Positions 28,421 through 38,409 of a stretch of DNA of 64,000 bases are shown piece by piece. A program made the position numbers and the translations under genes. Where the stretch lies: positions 24,043-88,042 of IMG/VR virus record IMGVR_UViG_3300033072_000326, one strand, 5' to 3'. How positions within the stretch are numbered: the first letter of the stretch is position 1; each line of letters opens with the position of its first letter. Below the pieces are notes generated by a model that had not been told where the DNA came from, did not search any database, and saw only the letters and a list, made by a program, of their open reading frames with translations. Source of the stretch: a virus (taxonomy: Duplodnaviria; Caudoviricetes).

Positions 28421-30829
28421 TCAATGGCAGCTTGCCCAATCCAAACCTAGCTGTGGGTCAATACCCAATTGTACATTCAGTTTGTAAGCTTTGGAAGTGA
28501 GTGCTACGCTTTCACGGCAAATAGCAAAAACCTCACTGTAAGCTGCAAACCAACCTTTTTCTGTATGCAACACCAACCACTCATCTTGTTGCTGACTTAT
28601 CCATTCTTTGCAAGATGCTTCATCTTCAAAGCGTTTGTATGTTAGCAGTTTATGCTTCATTTCAAACTGAGCTTCGTCATGGTATGCTATCATTTGCTGA
28701 ATATAAGGTTTATTCTTCCAATCTTCAGTCCAGAAGTTGACAGAAATGTCCCGTTCACGGAAAGCAATGTCCTGATAAACCATACTACGCTTGGCACAAA
28801 TAACACCCGCACTTTGGAACAATGCATTCACCAGCGAGTGTTTGGAACGAGTCATAATCTTACGCCCGTCCAAACCTAAGATGAATTTCTTACCCCCACG
28901 AGTTTCCCAATAACGTGTCAAGGCTTCTTTCAAAGCAGCGAGAGGTGCAGCAGCATCCCAATATGCAGTGAAGATACGTTCACCTAGCACAACTGAACAA
29001 CCAACCGTCTTAGCCACCTTCGGCGCTTGTGCACCATATGCACATGCGTATTTTACCGATTTTGCGTTGCCACGACTGAAAGCTTGCCCAATCATCTCAG
29101 AAATCTTCTCCGAGGTTTTGGTGTGTACATCATTCGGTTTCTCTTGAATAAGGGAGTTGCAATACTCCTTGCCTTCAGATTCATCATAACGCCAGCAATA
29201 GTGACTCTCAATCATAGCCTCCAGAGAAGCAAAGTCAAATGCAAATTGCACATATTCCTTGCCATCACCAACACCAAACAACTTACGAATTGGCTCACCG
29301 TACAAACTAGTTACTCGTGCAATATTGCAAATGAGTTTGTGTTTCATTCGCCCTGTTGCAGCACCATTAGTGTCTGCCGGTGTAGGAACCCGCCCGTCTC
29401 GACGCATGTTAGGCAGGAAACCAGTTTCTGCTTCTTCCTCGTCTTCAACATCAAACCCACCGCCAAGAATACTATTCCGTCGGTGACTGTATGTCAGATA
29501 CTCAACAATGTTCTGCACATACGGAAAACTGCCATTCAACTTCTCAAGTTCAGGGTCGATCTGCTTCTCTTGACCTACAGTGAATGTCGGGTTGGTTAGC
29601 ACTTTCAACGGCTTACTCAAATCATGCTTTAGCAGCTTGTCTCTCAAAGTGGTGCGTGTTGCATTGACACGTTCCAAACGAATATCACAGAAAGGGGATG
29701 ACAATGTTTGTTCCACATACCGATCAACAGTCTCTGCAAACTTCTCCTTGGACAACTTCTTTTTCTTGCTATCTAGTGTAAGGTCTTTTTCCTTGGTGTT
29801 AGAAGGATTCCAACCTTGTTCTACCAGAAAGCCTTTGATGAATGTGCTATCCGAAATAGAAGCTGGCTCGTGTGTTTTGACAGGCTCTGTGATAGGAAGT
29901 TTCCAATCTTTGCCATATAAACCAATAGCCCACCAACCATCTTCCCGTTGTTCAAGAGTTGCACCATGCTTTTCTGCCCACTTACCAATGTTGGCACTTG
30001 TTTCTCCGTTCTTTTTGAATTGAATGGAAGGTGGTGTAAACTCCTTCAGCTTGGTTTTGCCCATAGGTTTAGGTGGTAGATGTGGCTCCACGATAGCACG
30101 ATGATGCGCCATCAAACCATCAAGTTCTTCTACGTTCTTAATTGCCAACTCTTTATCAAACCAAAAACCTCGATGTGACTGACGGGCAATTACCCAAGCA
30201 ACGTATTGCTCCAACTCAAATGCCCCACTCCAATCCCAATCTCCCCATTCTTTCATGAGGTAGTTGTAGGCACGAATATTCACCGTCACATCTCGACGGT
30301 TGTACACCAACATCTCTGGATGATAGACAGCAAACTCTGCACCTTTAGGAGCATTCCACTCAATCAAACCAAGTTCAACAGCCTTAGCACGCCAATCAAT
30401 TTTCTCTTCACCCAAGATAGAGCCGAAGTATTCAATACTGTGTGCAGGGCGATCAGGCCACAATACTTTGCTCAGAACGAATGTGTCACAGATGGTGACA
30501 GGCTTACCGTCCCATGTGGAAGGCTTATCTTCAAAACCAAGCGTATATTCCATCCCAAGAACAGCCTGCAACACCATCAAGTCGAAGTTGATTTGGTTGT
30601 GTGCAACAATTGTAGATACGTTCTCTTTTACCCAAGGACGGAACTTGGTGTAGCACTCTTCCTGCACCCACTCAAATACTTCCTTGGTGTCTAGGTCTAT
30701 TGCCACAATACAGTGAATCTTGTAGCCATCTCGCATCTTCCAAGGAGACGCTGTGTAGTCAACAGTGCTGTCATCTAGAAGCCCTGTCGTCTCAATATCG
30801 AAGCAATATCTGCCCTTGCTTTGTTCCAT
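28421..30829 (-). CDS. DNA polymerase family A (T7 gp5-like)
   Basis: FDIET exo motif, T.GAATGR..H, D.ASLE, HT, R..AK...YA..YGA, HDE; uninterrupted. Confidence 0.95.
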   Translation of the reverse strand: MEQSKGRYCFDIETTGLLDDSTVDYTASPWKMRDGYKIHCIVAIDLDTKEVFEWVQEECYTKFRPWVKENVSTIVAHNQINFDLMVLQAVLGMEYTLGFEDKPSTWDGKPVTICDTFVLSKVLWPDRPAHSIEYFGSILGEEKIDWRAKAVELGLIEWNAPKGAEFAVYHPEMLVYNRRDVTVNIRAYNYLMKEWGDWDWSGAFELEQYVAWVIARQSHRGFWFDKELAIKNVEELDGLMAHHRAIVEPHLPPKPMGKTKLKEFTPPSIQFKKNGETSANIGKWAEKHGATLEQREDGWWAIGLYGKDWKLPITEPVKTHEPASISDSTFIKGFLVEQGWNPSNTKEKDLTLDSKKKKLSKEKFAETVDRYVEQTLSSPFCDIRLERVNATRTTLRDKLLKHDLSKPLKVLTNPTFTVGQEKQIDPELEKLNGSFPYVQNIVEYLTYSHRRNSILGGGFDVEDEEEAETGFLPNMRRDGRVPTPADTNGAATGRMKHKLICNIARVTSLYGEPIRKLFGVGDGKEYVQFAFDFASLEAMIESHYCWRYDESEGKEYCNSLIQEKPNDVHTKTSEKISEMIGQAFSRGNAKSVKYACAYGAQAPKVAKTVGCSVVLGERIFTAYWDAAAPLAALKEALTRYWETRGGKKFILGLDGRKIMTRSKHSLVNALFQSAGVICAKRSMVYQDIAFRERDISVNFWTEDWKNKPYIQQMIAYHDEAQFEMKHKLLTYKRFEDEASCKEWISQQQDEWLVLHTEKGWFAAYSEVFAICRESVALTSKAYKLNVQLGIDPQLGLDWASCH

Positions 30830-30859
30830 ATCTTCTCCTTTGTACATAAACACTTACAA

Positions 30860-30889
30860 CAAAAGAGCAATCACGGGTTGCGATTGCCC
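30860..30889 (-). terminator. Rho-independent terminator upstream of polymerase
   Basis: GGGCAATCGC/GTGATTGCTC plus TTTT. Confidence 0.7.
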
Positions 30890-30931
30890 TTTTCCAATAA
30901 CCATTCACGTTATCACAGAAACGTCTATTTG

Positions 30932-31258
30932 TCAACCACCTTTACGGTATTTCTCCGTGACTTCGGCCACACTCTTCTTCAACTCAGACATGTTCCGCTT
31001 GTGTGCATGATAGCGACGTTCACTGTCTTTCTCTGCCTCTTCTTTTGTAGCAAACAAGAAACGCTCTTCAATTGTGTCAAAATAATTGTCAATGTGCGTA
31101 AACACTTTAACAACGTAATGCACATGCTCAGAAACGTCATTGTCAAAGAATGGTGTTACGACAACAACGTCATAGGCTTCTTGGGGTTTGCTAGGCCACA
31201 GCTTCATAGCACCGGCTGTACGCCACATTCTATCACCTGCTTTATATTTTGGATTCAT
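30932..31258 (-). CDS. Hypothetical protein
   Basis: Coupled ORF in small-gene array. Confidence 0.6.
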   Translation of the reverse strand: MNPKYKAGDRMWRTAGAMKLWPSKPQEAYDVVVVTPFFDNDVSEHVHYVVKVFTHIDNYFDTIEERFLFATKEEAEKDSERRYHAHKRNMSELKKSVAEVTEKYRKGG

Positions 31259-31524
31259 TCTTCATCTCCAATAATACCAGATGGCAAAAGTTCTTCCGTG
31301 AATGCCAACAGGGCTGGCTCCTCTTCTTCAAACACAGCAATCGACTCTGGCAGCATCATACCTGTGTAACGTACACCACTGCTGTCATGAGGATGCTCAT
31401 TTTCTTTCTTCCCAAAAATATCTTCCCAACCTTTAGCATATTTCTCTTGACCAGAAACTTTTGTCTTAATCAAATCCCCTGTGCTGTCATTAATAGCTGT
31501 TGTAAATCGTTCGTGTTTAGACAT
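31255..31524 (-). CDS. Hypothetical protein
   Basis: Start at ATG 31524 after AGGAG. Confidence 0.55.
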   Translation of the reverse strand: MSKHERFTTAINDSTGDLIKTKVSGQEKYAKGWEDIFGKKENEHPHDSSGVRYTGMMLPESIAVFEEEEPALLAFTEELLPSGIIGDEE

Positions 31525-31783
31525 TTTGTTTCTCCTTGTAATAATCAGCAATAGCAATGATGCCATTCTCAAGATGATAGTCACGTTCATCTTCTTCAAG
31601 AAAACAATAACCCTCTGTGTGAGAAACAAGTACCAACTCTCCATCTCTTGCGTAAGCCTTAAAAACCTTACTGCCTACCCTGAAGTGTCCGACATACTCC
31701 CCAGTCAAGTTACGTACTTCATGAACTTCTGGACAAAAACTTTGTAATTTTAAAATATAGTCGCCAATTCTCATCTTGTCCAT
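31517..31783 (-). CDS. Hypothetical protein
   Basis: Coupled ORF. Confidence 0.55.
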   Translation of the reverse strand: MDKMRIGDYILKLQSFCPEVHEVRNLTGEYVGHFRVGSKVFKAYARDGELVLVSHTEGYCFLEEDERDYHLENGIIAIADYYKEKQNV

Positions 31784-32013
31784 TATACAAAAGTCCTACC
31801 AAGAAATTTATTTACAAACCATTTCTGACAGATTTCTTCCACTGTTTCAGTCCAATCCACAACACGTTGAAACACAACATCATCTTGCCATGTGATTGTC
31901 AAGACATTGTGGTAGTCGTCGCCCCATTTGTTCGAATATAGAACATCCTCCTCGTACACAATTACAAAACCGAGGGCTTTTAGCACATCAGTGCTAGATA
32001 GTTCAATTTGCAT
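31783..32013 (-). CDS. Hypothetical protein
   Basis: Start at ATG 32013 after AGGAG. Confidence 0.55.
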   Translation of the reverse strand: MQIELSSTDVLKALGFVIVYEEDVLYSNKWGDDYHNVLTITWQDDVVFQRVVDWTETVEEICQKWFVNKFLGRTFV

Positions 32014-32014
32014 T

Positions 32015-32359
32015 TCACTTCTCCTTAAAAGGTAGGCCACCAAAACTGCCAATGGCAATCTCTTGCTTTTCCTTACAAGCATCTTGTTGCACAGTCCACC
32101 AGTCCCAGCTTATGTCCCAACTAGCTTTCCCAGCAGCCTGTGCTGCCTCTTGTGAGTCAAACACATATCTCACTGTCTTCTTGAGGACAAACTTCTCATC
32201 ACCCTCTACCACCTCTCCTCGTGACGTAAGACGGTTTGCCTCTTTCAAGTATACTCGTTTACCTTTTACATCTGTCACTAGCCAAGGGTGTTTGTTACAA
32301 ATAGAGCCTATACTGTTTGCTTCAAGTAACACCCACTTACCAATCAAGCTCTCATCCAT
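32015..32359 (-). CDS. Hypothetical protein
   Basis: Start at ATG 32359 after AAGGGA; track start lies in non-coding repeat. Confidence 0.6.
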   Translation of the reverse strand: MDESLIGKWVLLEANSIGSICNKHPWLVTDVKGKRVYLKEANRLTSRGEVVEGDEKFVLKKTVRYVFDSQEAAQAAGKASWDISWDWWTVQQDACKEKQEIAIGSFGGLPFKEK

Positions 32360-32380
32360 TTTATCCCTTTCTGTTGTTGG

Positions 32381-32431
32381 AGCAGCCATAAAGGCTGCGA
32401 CAGCACATTCGCGTAAGCGTTGTGCTACTCC
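32381..32431 (-). repeat. Twin-hairpin junction element, copy 1
   Basis: GGAGT AGCACA-ACGCTTACGCGAA-TGTGCT GTC GCAGCC-TTTAT-GGCTGC. Confidence 0.85.
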
Positions 32432-32796
32432 TTTGTTTTTACAATATGCAGGTGACAATAAGCTAGGCTTCGCTCTGCCTCCATTCCTTTGTGCATTATT
32501 ACATATTCTGGAAGAGCTTTGCAAACAAATTTTGCTACACGTTCATAAGGACACTCATCTTTTGTTATGTGCGCTTTAATCGTTTGTGGTGTGTCAATAA
32601 CACGCTCCACAGGTTCATCAACACTTGGGTTGTCGAATGTGACAATGGACAACTTGTAATGCACCTCACCTACTGTCCTCTTCACAAATTCCAGCTTAAA
32701 TATCAACCCTCCCAAATGCATTGCAAGAAAATTGTTCCCATCTCCAATCGAAGGGAGGAGATAGCGTAGAAGCTTTTCTGGTTGGCTAGAAATCAT
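32425..32796 (-). CDS. Hypothetical protein
   Basis: Stop TAG lies inside the repeat element. Confidence 0.55.
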   Translation of the reverse strand: MISSQPEKLLRYLLPSIGDGNNFLAMHLGGLIFKLEFVKRTVGEVHYKLSIVTFDNPSVDEPVERVIDTPQTIKAHITKDECPYERVAKFVCKALPEYVIMHKGMEAERSLAYCHLHIVKTKE

Positions 32797-32807
32797 TTCA
32801 TTCCTTT

Positions 32808-33191
32808 CTATCGAGTTTCAACAGCTTCGTCAGCAAGCTTCTTCAACAGCTTATCTGCTATGTTACGATTTGCTTCGCAGTCGAACATCTGCCAACGCAA
32901 AGCAGAAAGCTCAAGACGAGCATTTTCCATTCTCAAATCAAACAATTGCTGCTCATATTGTTTGTTGATTTCAATAGCCCCTTCAAGCTGCTCTTTCAGG
33001 CGTTTGTTTTCATTGTCAGCAAAAGGATGACGCTCTTCAACACGTTCCAAATAAACTAGAATTGCTTCACGCAGAGCAGGCTTCACTGTGTTAAACAGTA
33101 ATGCACTCTTCTCTGGACAATTATCAAGAAAAGCCCAACCTGCGTCGTTCAATGCATTGCCCCATTCTTGGGCATCTTTTGCGTAGTTCAT
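32808..33191 (-). CDS. Hypothetical coiled-coil protein
   Basis: SD; co-oriented. Confidence 0.6.
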   Translation of the reverse strand: MNYAKDAQEWGNALNDAGWAFLDNCPEKSALLFNTVKPALREAILVYLERVEERHPFADNENKRLKEQLEGAIEINKQYEQQLFDLRMENARLELSALRWQMFDCEANRNIADKLLKKLADEAVETR

Positions 33192-33202
33192 TTCTATTCC
33201 TT

Positions 33203-33394
33203 TCAGTGTGGTTGGATGTTTGCTAGCAATGTAACGACAGTGTAATTGCCCTCTTTCAAGAAGTCAAGAGCTGCTTGTCGTGATGTTGCAATTTCTTCTT
33301 CGTCGGGACACCCTTGGGTGGACATACCGTCGTTCATTTTGATGGCTCCACCATCTTTCAATTTCCCATGCCATGTAATTTTAGAGGGAATCAT
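33203..33394 (-). CDS. Hypothetical protein
   Basis: Coupled ORF. Confidence 0.55.
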   Translation of the reverse strand: MIPSKITWHGKLKDGGAIKMNDGMSTQGCPDEEEIATSRQAALDFLKEGNYTVVTLLANIQPH

Positions 33395-33762
33395 TTGTTT
33401 GGCTCCTGTGGCAGTGGCATCCAGTGGGTTGCGTCATAAAAATGTGTCACAGGGCCGCCGCCAACTATCACATCAAACCACTCTGCACCCTCTTCATTTT
33501 CACGATAGAACCTAGCCTCCCTAGCGCCGCGCCTCTCTGAAAATATTATAATTCGCGTGCCATCCTTCGGTGCTGTCTTAATCGGCTGCCACGACAACTT
33601 GTTGTCCTCCTGCGCTGCAATGGCTGCTTGCCATGAGTCCCAGTCACTTTGAACGTTGTTCAGCGCATAGCGGTTGTCTTTTTCACTGTACACAAGGTAC
33701 ATTGGGTCAGTACGACCAGAATCTAGTTGCCAAGTCTCAAACATCTCTCGTTGAGTGTTCAT
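33391..33762 (-). CDS. DUF551-like protein
   Basis: WQPIKTAPKDGT...THWMPLP..P. Confidence 0.75.
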   Translation of the reverse strand: MNTQREMFETWQLDSGRTDPMYLVYSEKDNRYALNNVQSDWDSWQAAIAAQEDNKLSWQPIKTAPKDGTRIIIFSERRGAREARFYRENEEGAEWFDVIVGGGPVTHFYDATHWMPLPQEPNK

Positions 33763-33888
33763 TATTCATCTCCTTCTTTAATATTAAAAACACGCATTAA
33801 TGCTTCTTGAATGCTGTTGAATACATTATACATCAATTCTGTAAATTGTGTCAGCATCTTGTTGTCCTTCTTGTTTGTTGATGTACGT

Positions 33889-33917
33889 ATCATAGCCCAT
33901 TTGAGCGAGCTTGTCAA
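33889..33917 (-). promoter_or_regulatory. Sigma70-like promoter overlapping endonuclease stop
   Basis: TTGACA-17 nt-TATGAT. Confidence 0.65.
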
Positions 33918-35212
33918 GACATTTCTACCTTGAAGTTGTACAGCGCGTTGTAAGCAACATCTGTCAGCTTGTGCTTCCACCGTTCAGCCAACACCTTGGC
34001 ATGAGCTTCTTTGCATTGTTTGTACGCCTCAAAAGCTTGCTCCGGTGTTGGATAGAAACCGAGGTATTTACGCTCACCGTCCACATTACACCTTGCTATA
34101 TAACCTACAGTCTCGTTTGGTGTTTTCGGTGTAATCTCGTGAACACCCTTCGGATACTTTCCGCTCCGTTTATCTACAAGAAACACGTTAATCTCCGCAG
34201 GTAAGAAACAACACGTCGATTCGCTGTACACATCATTACCTTTCACCAGAAGGTCTTTATCAAGCTCAAAACCCTCTTCATCCCAGTTCGGTTGACTCAA
34301 CGCCCACTCTGCAAAATTCTGGAAGTTGTGCCAGTGCTCATGAACATACTTATCTGCATAGCTTCTACCTGTACTCTTCCGGAGTTCAAATTCGTTGTAA
34401 CACCGACTAAACATCCGCACCCAATACCCATACACTTTTTCGGGAGCCACCTCACCTTTTGCATACGAGTTAGGAACAAAACGGCCTATCCCAAAGTAAC
34501 CAATGCCCTCTACACTAGGTTGCATTGGGGGCTTTACAGAACCACACAGTAAGTTAGAGGCACTGTGCCAACTCTCACTACCATCTTGCCAACGTACAAG
34601 TACATTGTGTGCGTCCTTATACTCAATAGCCACACCCTTCCAGCCACTGTTTGTTACATACTCTTTTCCGAGTCGTATTTTTCTTGTTGGGTGTGCAACA
34701 TTCCCCAAACCAAGGCTGCTTACAGTGGTGATAACCTCTGTGCCATCGTCAAAAGCAACACGAACATTTGTTGCGTTTTTGAACTCCTTAACAACAACGT
34801 CTCCGTGATTGTTTGTCTTAAAAACTTGCCCAACTTTCGGTACATTCTTGGTTGGATGACGATTGTGTCCTTCTTTCAGTGCTGGAAGAGTTCTGTATGT
34901 CTCTGTGCCATCACTCAACCATTTCACCTTGATTCTTGAGGTGGACTCTATCTCCACAATCTCAACAACGTCCCCATCGTGGCAAGAAAACTGCTGTCCG
35001 ATAAAGGGCTTATCTAATGTTGGGTGCATCGGAAGACCCTTCTTGATATAGGCTCCGGTTGTTACCTTACGAGCGCCGTCCGTCTTGAACTCTACAGTGA
35101 TGTCTTTCCGACCACGGTACTCCACAACCTCTACGTCCAATCCTTGTTTGTTGACGTACTTATATCCTACGTAGAATGTAGGTGTTTTAGTTCCACTCAT
35201 ATCTTCCTCCAT
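33914..35212 (-). CDS. HNH-family homing endonuclease with four N-terminal repeats
   Basis: Y.YW..M..RCY, WHNFQNFAEW, ELDKDLL...N.VYS..TC.F, AP2-like tail. Confidence 0.85.
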   Translation of the reverse strand: MEEDMSGTKTPTFYVGYKYVNKQGLDVEVVEYRGRKDITVEFKTDGARKVTTGAYIKKGLPMHPTLDKPFIGQQFSCHDGDVVEIVEIESTSRIKVKWLSDGTETYRTLPALKEGHNRHPTKNVPKVGQVFKTNNHGDVVVKEFKNATNVRVAFDDGTEVITTVSSLGLGNVAHPTRKIRLGKEYVTNSGWKGVAIEYKDAHNVLVRWQDGSESWHSASNLLCGSVKPPMQPSVEGIGYFGIGRFVPNSYAKGEVAPEKVYGYWVRMFSRCYNEFELRKSTGRSYADKYVHEHWHNFQNFAEWALSQPNWDEEGFELDKDLLVKGNDVYSESTCCFLPAEINVFLVDKRSGKYPKGVHEITPKTPNETVGYIARCNVDGERKYLGFYPTPEQAFEAYKQCKEAHAKVLAERWKHKLTDVAYNALYNFKVEMS

Positions 35213-35224
35213 TAGTAATATTCT

Positions 35225-35253
35225 ATTTTACCACATAAATACGTATTTGTCAA
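35225..35253 (-). promoter_or_regulatory. Sigma70-like promoter for endonuclease
   Basis: TTGACA-17 nt-TAAAAT with TG extension. Confidence 0.7.
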
Positions 35254-35291
35254 TATACTCAGGACATATTTTCGTAATCCGCGATAGCCAT

Positions 35292-35317
35292 AAAAAGAAG
35301 CCAGCACAAAGGCTGGC
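35292..35317 (-). terminator. Rho-independent terminator after primase-helicase
   Basis: GCCAGC/GCTGGC plus TTCTTTTT. Confidence 0.75.
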
Positions 35318-35323
35318 ATTCTC

Positions 35324-37063
35324 TTAGAAGCTAACGTCTTGCTTACCTACCCAATCATCAAAATCGTGAAGAGTGTGTGTCTGTCCATCATAAAACAGCT
35401 TTCCACATTCACCTGTTGTACCAGCTCCACGGTTTTTAGGCATGAACAGATTGGTTGTATTTCGAATTATCGGGTCTTCGTTCATCTTGTCACGACTGGC
35501 AATAACAATCCATGCAGCAGACTTAACGAGCGTACTACTACCCTGTACGCCGCTTTCTGTACCAATACCGCCTTGACTACCGTCCTTTTCACCGCTACCA
35601 ACCTTACGTTGATGTGCAATCAGAACAAAGCTAACTGGGTAGTTAGTCACCATCCCTTTCATCCACATCATGAACTGTGCCTGTTCATCAATCGTCAGCA
35701 TATCAAAACTGTCAGAGATGGTGTCCCATACAATAATCTGACACTCACACTGGATGATTAGTTGCTCAACCCGCTGCTTCATTATGTCAATGTGACAATC
35801 ACGGTCATCAATAACAAACCAACGATCAGAACCATCTGGTGTGCGGAACAGCTCATTTGCCTTGTCAATCACCCACTGTTCTTCAAGAAGTTTTATCTTC
35901 TCTTGCTGGGTCAGTGCACCAAGCTTAACACCAATATGACGAGAGAGAACAAGTTCACCGTATTGTCCGAGATTCTGCTCAGTCGAAATGACGCCAACGC
36001 GGAGTTGGCCGTTCATCAGCCAGTGGTAGCAGCTCTCATTCACGATAGTTGACTTAGCTGCACCTGTAAATGCAGAGATTAGGCCAATTGTACCAAGAGC
36101 AGGGCCACCGGCAGTCATGGCATTAAACTTCTTCATGAACGGTGGAAACTCAATACGTGGTGCATGTGCCTCCTTAATCACTGCATCAAGGAAGCTACTA
36201 CTACCTGCGATACCTTGTGGAACATAAGGTTTAGCTTTCAAATACGCATTGAGAAAGTGCTTATCTCGCCCTTGCACCAACATCTCATTTGCATCCTTCA
36301 GGTCAATGCTCATCACAAACATCTTGCCTTTCGGGATTACATCAACAAGCTTCCTGATTGCCTCTTGTCCAGCCTTGTCATTGTCGTAACAAACGATGAT
36401 TTGCTCAAAACGATTTAGCCATTCGTAGTGGTTTTTGAGTTGCTTGTAGCTAGCCGTCTCCCCAACAACAGCTGATACAACAGGTGTTGGCTCATACTCA
36501 CTGTCAGGCTTGTTCAACATAGCGTATGCAGACATAGCATCCACTTCACCAGCCGTAATCAGAAGTTTCTTGCTGTTGCTGTTACGGAACTTATATTGAC
36601 CAAACAAATCACTTTCGCTGCTCATGCTGCCAACAGTGAAGAATGTCTTCGGTAGTTGCCTTACTTTGAAACCTGTCAGTTGGTGGTCTTTAAAGATTGG
36701 ATAGTATTGCTCTACAGGCTCACCTGTTGCTGTGTCCACTTTGTGCCGTACAAAATAAGCGGAATACGCCCAATCTGGAATGCTACGCAGCTTAAAACCA
36801 GATGGTGTCGTATACCCCTTGATCTTGTCAATCTCTTCTTTAGTTAGTGGTTCTTTACTGCTCACCTCTTCCTCCATTTCATCTGTCCAATTGAATACAT
36901 TAAGTCCACGACGTTCTGCTTCCTCATCAGAGAGGACGGAATAGCCACAAGAGAAACAATGACCACCCCGCCCTTCCCCGTACCAATGGAAGTTGTCCCC
37001 TTTTGCGTCATTACCTTCTTCACGACAACGGGGACATGGATTAGCTCCAACCTTGTATTCCAT
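35324..37063 (-). CDS. DNA primase-helicase (T7 gp4-like)
   Basis: CPRC..HCFSC Zn ribbon, ITAGEVDAM and YDND.AG TOPRIM, AFTGAAKST Walker A variant, HQRK, KNR..G.TG. Confidence 0.93.
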   Translation of the reverse strand: MEYKVGANPCPRCREEGNDAKGDNFHWYGEGRGGHCFSCGYSVLSDEEAERRGLNVFNWTDEMEEEVSSKEPLTKEEIDKIKGYTTPSGFKLRSIPDWAYSAYFVRHKVDTATGEPVEQYYPIFKDHQLTGFKVRQLPKTFFTVGSMSSESDLFGQYKFRNSNSKKLLITAGEVDAMSAYAMLNKPDSEYEPTPVVSAVVGETASYKQLKNHYEWLNRFEQIIVCYDNDKAGQEAIRKLVDVIPKGKMFVMSIDLKDANEMLVQGRDKHFLNAYLKAKPYVPQGIAGSSSFLDAVIKEAHAPRIEFPPFMKKFNAMTAGGPALGTIGLISAFTGAAKSTIVNESCYHWLMNGQLRVGVISTEQNLGQYGELVLSRHIGVKLGALTQQEKIKLLEEQWVIDKANELFRTPDGSDRWFVIDDRDCHIDIMKQRVEQLIIQCECQIIVWDTISDSFDMLTIDEQAQFMMWMKGMVTNYPVSFVLIAHQRKVGSGEKDGSQGGIGTESGVQGSSTLVKSAAWIVIASRDKMNEDPIIRNTTNLFMPKNRGAGTTGECGKLFYDGQTHTLHDFDDWVGKQDVSF

Positions 37064-37281
37064 TAAATCTCCTCAGCCCTGTAAAACCGATCAAGAATTA
37101 CATCACGCTCTTTCAATTCACGACGTAATCGAACAATTTCAGCAAGAATGCGTTTGTCTAGTTTTTGTTGCCCAACTGCGTGCCAAAAGTAATGATTGTA
37201 GATTTGGGCACGTTCAAACAAAGCCAGAGCATTTTGTCGTTTCGCTATACGGCTTTGCAGAATAGAAATTACGTCTTTCAT
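37063..37281 (-). CDS. Hypothetical protein
   Basis: SD GGAG; coupled. Confidence 0.55.
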   Translation of the reverse strand: MKDVISILQSRIAKRQNALALFERAQIYNHYFWHAVGQQKLDKRILAEIVRLRRELKERDVILDRFYRAEEI

Positions 37282-37466
37282 TGCTTCTCTCCTTTGTACG
37301 TTGCTTTGATGTAATAAGTTGGTGTAACAGGTTTCCCCATGTATTTGCGGTTGTTTTCTTCAACAGCAGCCAATGCCTGAGCCTCGGAGCTGTATTCAGT
37401 TGTCCATGTCTCACTGCCCCAACCAGCCTCACTCTCGTAATATTCTACAACATATTTCTTAGACAT
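37278..37466 (-). CDS. Hypothetical protein
   Basis: Coupled ORF. Confidence 0.6.
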   Translation of the reverse strand: MSKKYVVEYYESEAGWGSETWTTEYSSEAQALAAVEENNRKYMGKPVTPTYYIKATYKGEKQ

Positions 37467-37873
37467 TATTTCTTCTCCTCTTGTTTAGCTTGTTCATTAT
37501 CACCTGTCTTACCTTGCTTGTCGAGCCAATTTTCAATAACACTAACACTCTTAGAAGCAAGACGTTGTGCTGTCTCACTCTTCACAGCTTCTGTAATACC
37601 AACACCTGCTGCAATGAAATAAGCATCTTCTTTGGAAGGCAGCAAAGCTTTTGCTGTAGAGAACAACAGGGCAAGGAGTATGAAGATTACGCCCCATCGT
37701 TTGCTTGTCTTCAGTGTGCTTTGATTAGGTTTACTATAAATACTACCAGCCTCACAACCATAAACCACTGCACAACCAAAAGCTCCGAAGGCAAACACAG
37801 TAGCAAGAAACACAAACAAGGTGCCAAGGCTGTCAAGACGTGTAATCCAATATAAAGTCCAGAAAGAGTCCAT
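37466..37873 (-). CDS. Hypothetical membrane protein
   Basis: Start at 37873 after AGGAG; two to three TM segments. Confidence 0.65.
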   Translation of the reverse strand: MDSFWTLYWITRLDSLGTLFVFLATVFAFGAFGCAVVYGCEAGSIYSKPNQSTLKTSKRWGVIFILLALLFSTAKALLPSKEDAYFIAAGVGITEAVKSETAQRLASKSVSVIENWLDKQGKTGDNEQAKQEEKK

Positions 37874-37892
37874 GTTTAATTCTCCTTTGATT

Positions 37893-37942
37893 AGCAGCCT
37901 AAATGGCTGCGAAAGCACATAAGCGTAGCGTTGTGCTACTCC
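37893..37942 (-). repeat. Twin-hairpin junction element, copy 2
   Basis: GGAGT AGCACA-ACGCTACGCTTA-TGTGCT TTC GCAGCC-ATTTA-GGCTGC. Confidence 0.85.
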
Positions 37943-38409
37943 TTCAATTTATAAAATGTATGTCCAGATTGCTTGCTAACTCTTTGGAGTTTGCTGTAGT
38001 CCCAGCTTGGCTTCACATTGTTAGCATGAAAGTATTGTACATTGTTGTATGTGCTTTGTCTACCCTTTAAGCTGTTTGCAAGGACATTCAGCACAACAGC
38101 CAAGCTGTCTTTATGTAAAGCTTGCTTGTTCCAATTGTAGCCAGCTTTGTAGAAAGAAAACTGTGCTTTCTGTTTCAGAACAGAGCATACGTGCATATTG
38201 TTGGCAACAGCCCTATTGAGGATGGATATAAGCACAAGTTCCTTGTCCATTCTATCCTCCAAATTAGCCTCAGAGAACACAGCAGATGTAAGACAAGCTA
38301 TTGCTCCATTCTGCGTCATAGCGTGAACGTATGCGTTGTTGCTGTGTGCCACATTGCTAACGAAGAACAACATAACACACAGCAGAAGATTTGTCAAGCT
38401 TTTATTCAT
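37936..38409 (-). CDS. Cell wall hydrolase (SleB/Hydrolase_2 family)
   Basis: Signal peptide, CL...VF.EA, ILNR, QFSF, YFHA..V.P.W, GH.FY. Confidence 0.85.
   Translation of the reverse strand: MNKSLTNLLLCVMLFFVSNVAHSNNAYVHAMTQNGAIACLTSAVFSEANLEDRMDKELVLISILNRAVANNMHVCSVLKQKAQFSFYKAGYNWNKQALHKDSLAVVLNVLANSLKGRQSTYNNVQYFHANNVKPSWDYSKLQRVSKQSGHTFYKLKE

Noticed and set aside
25615-35212. Introns or inteins around the free-standing endonucleases or within pol, primase, nrdA/B
   Set aside because: Neighbouring genes appear complete and no P/Q/R/S or intein motifs were seen
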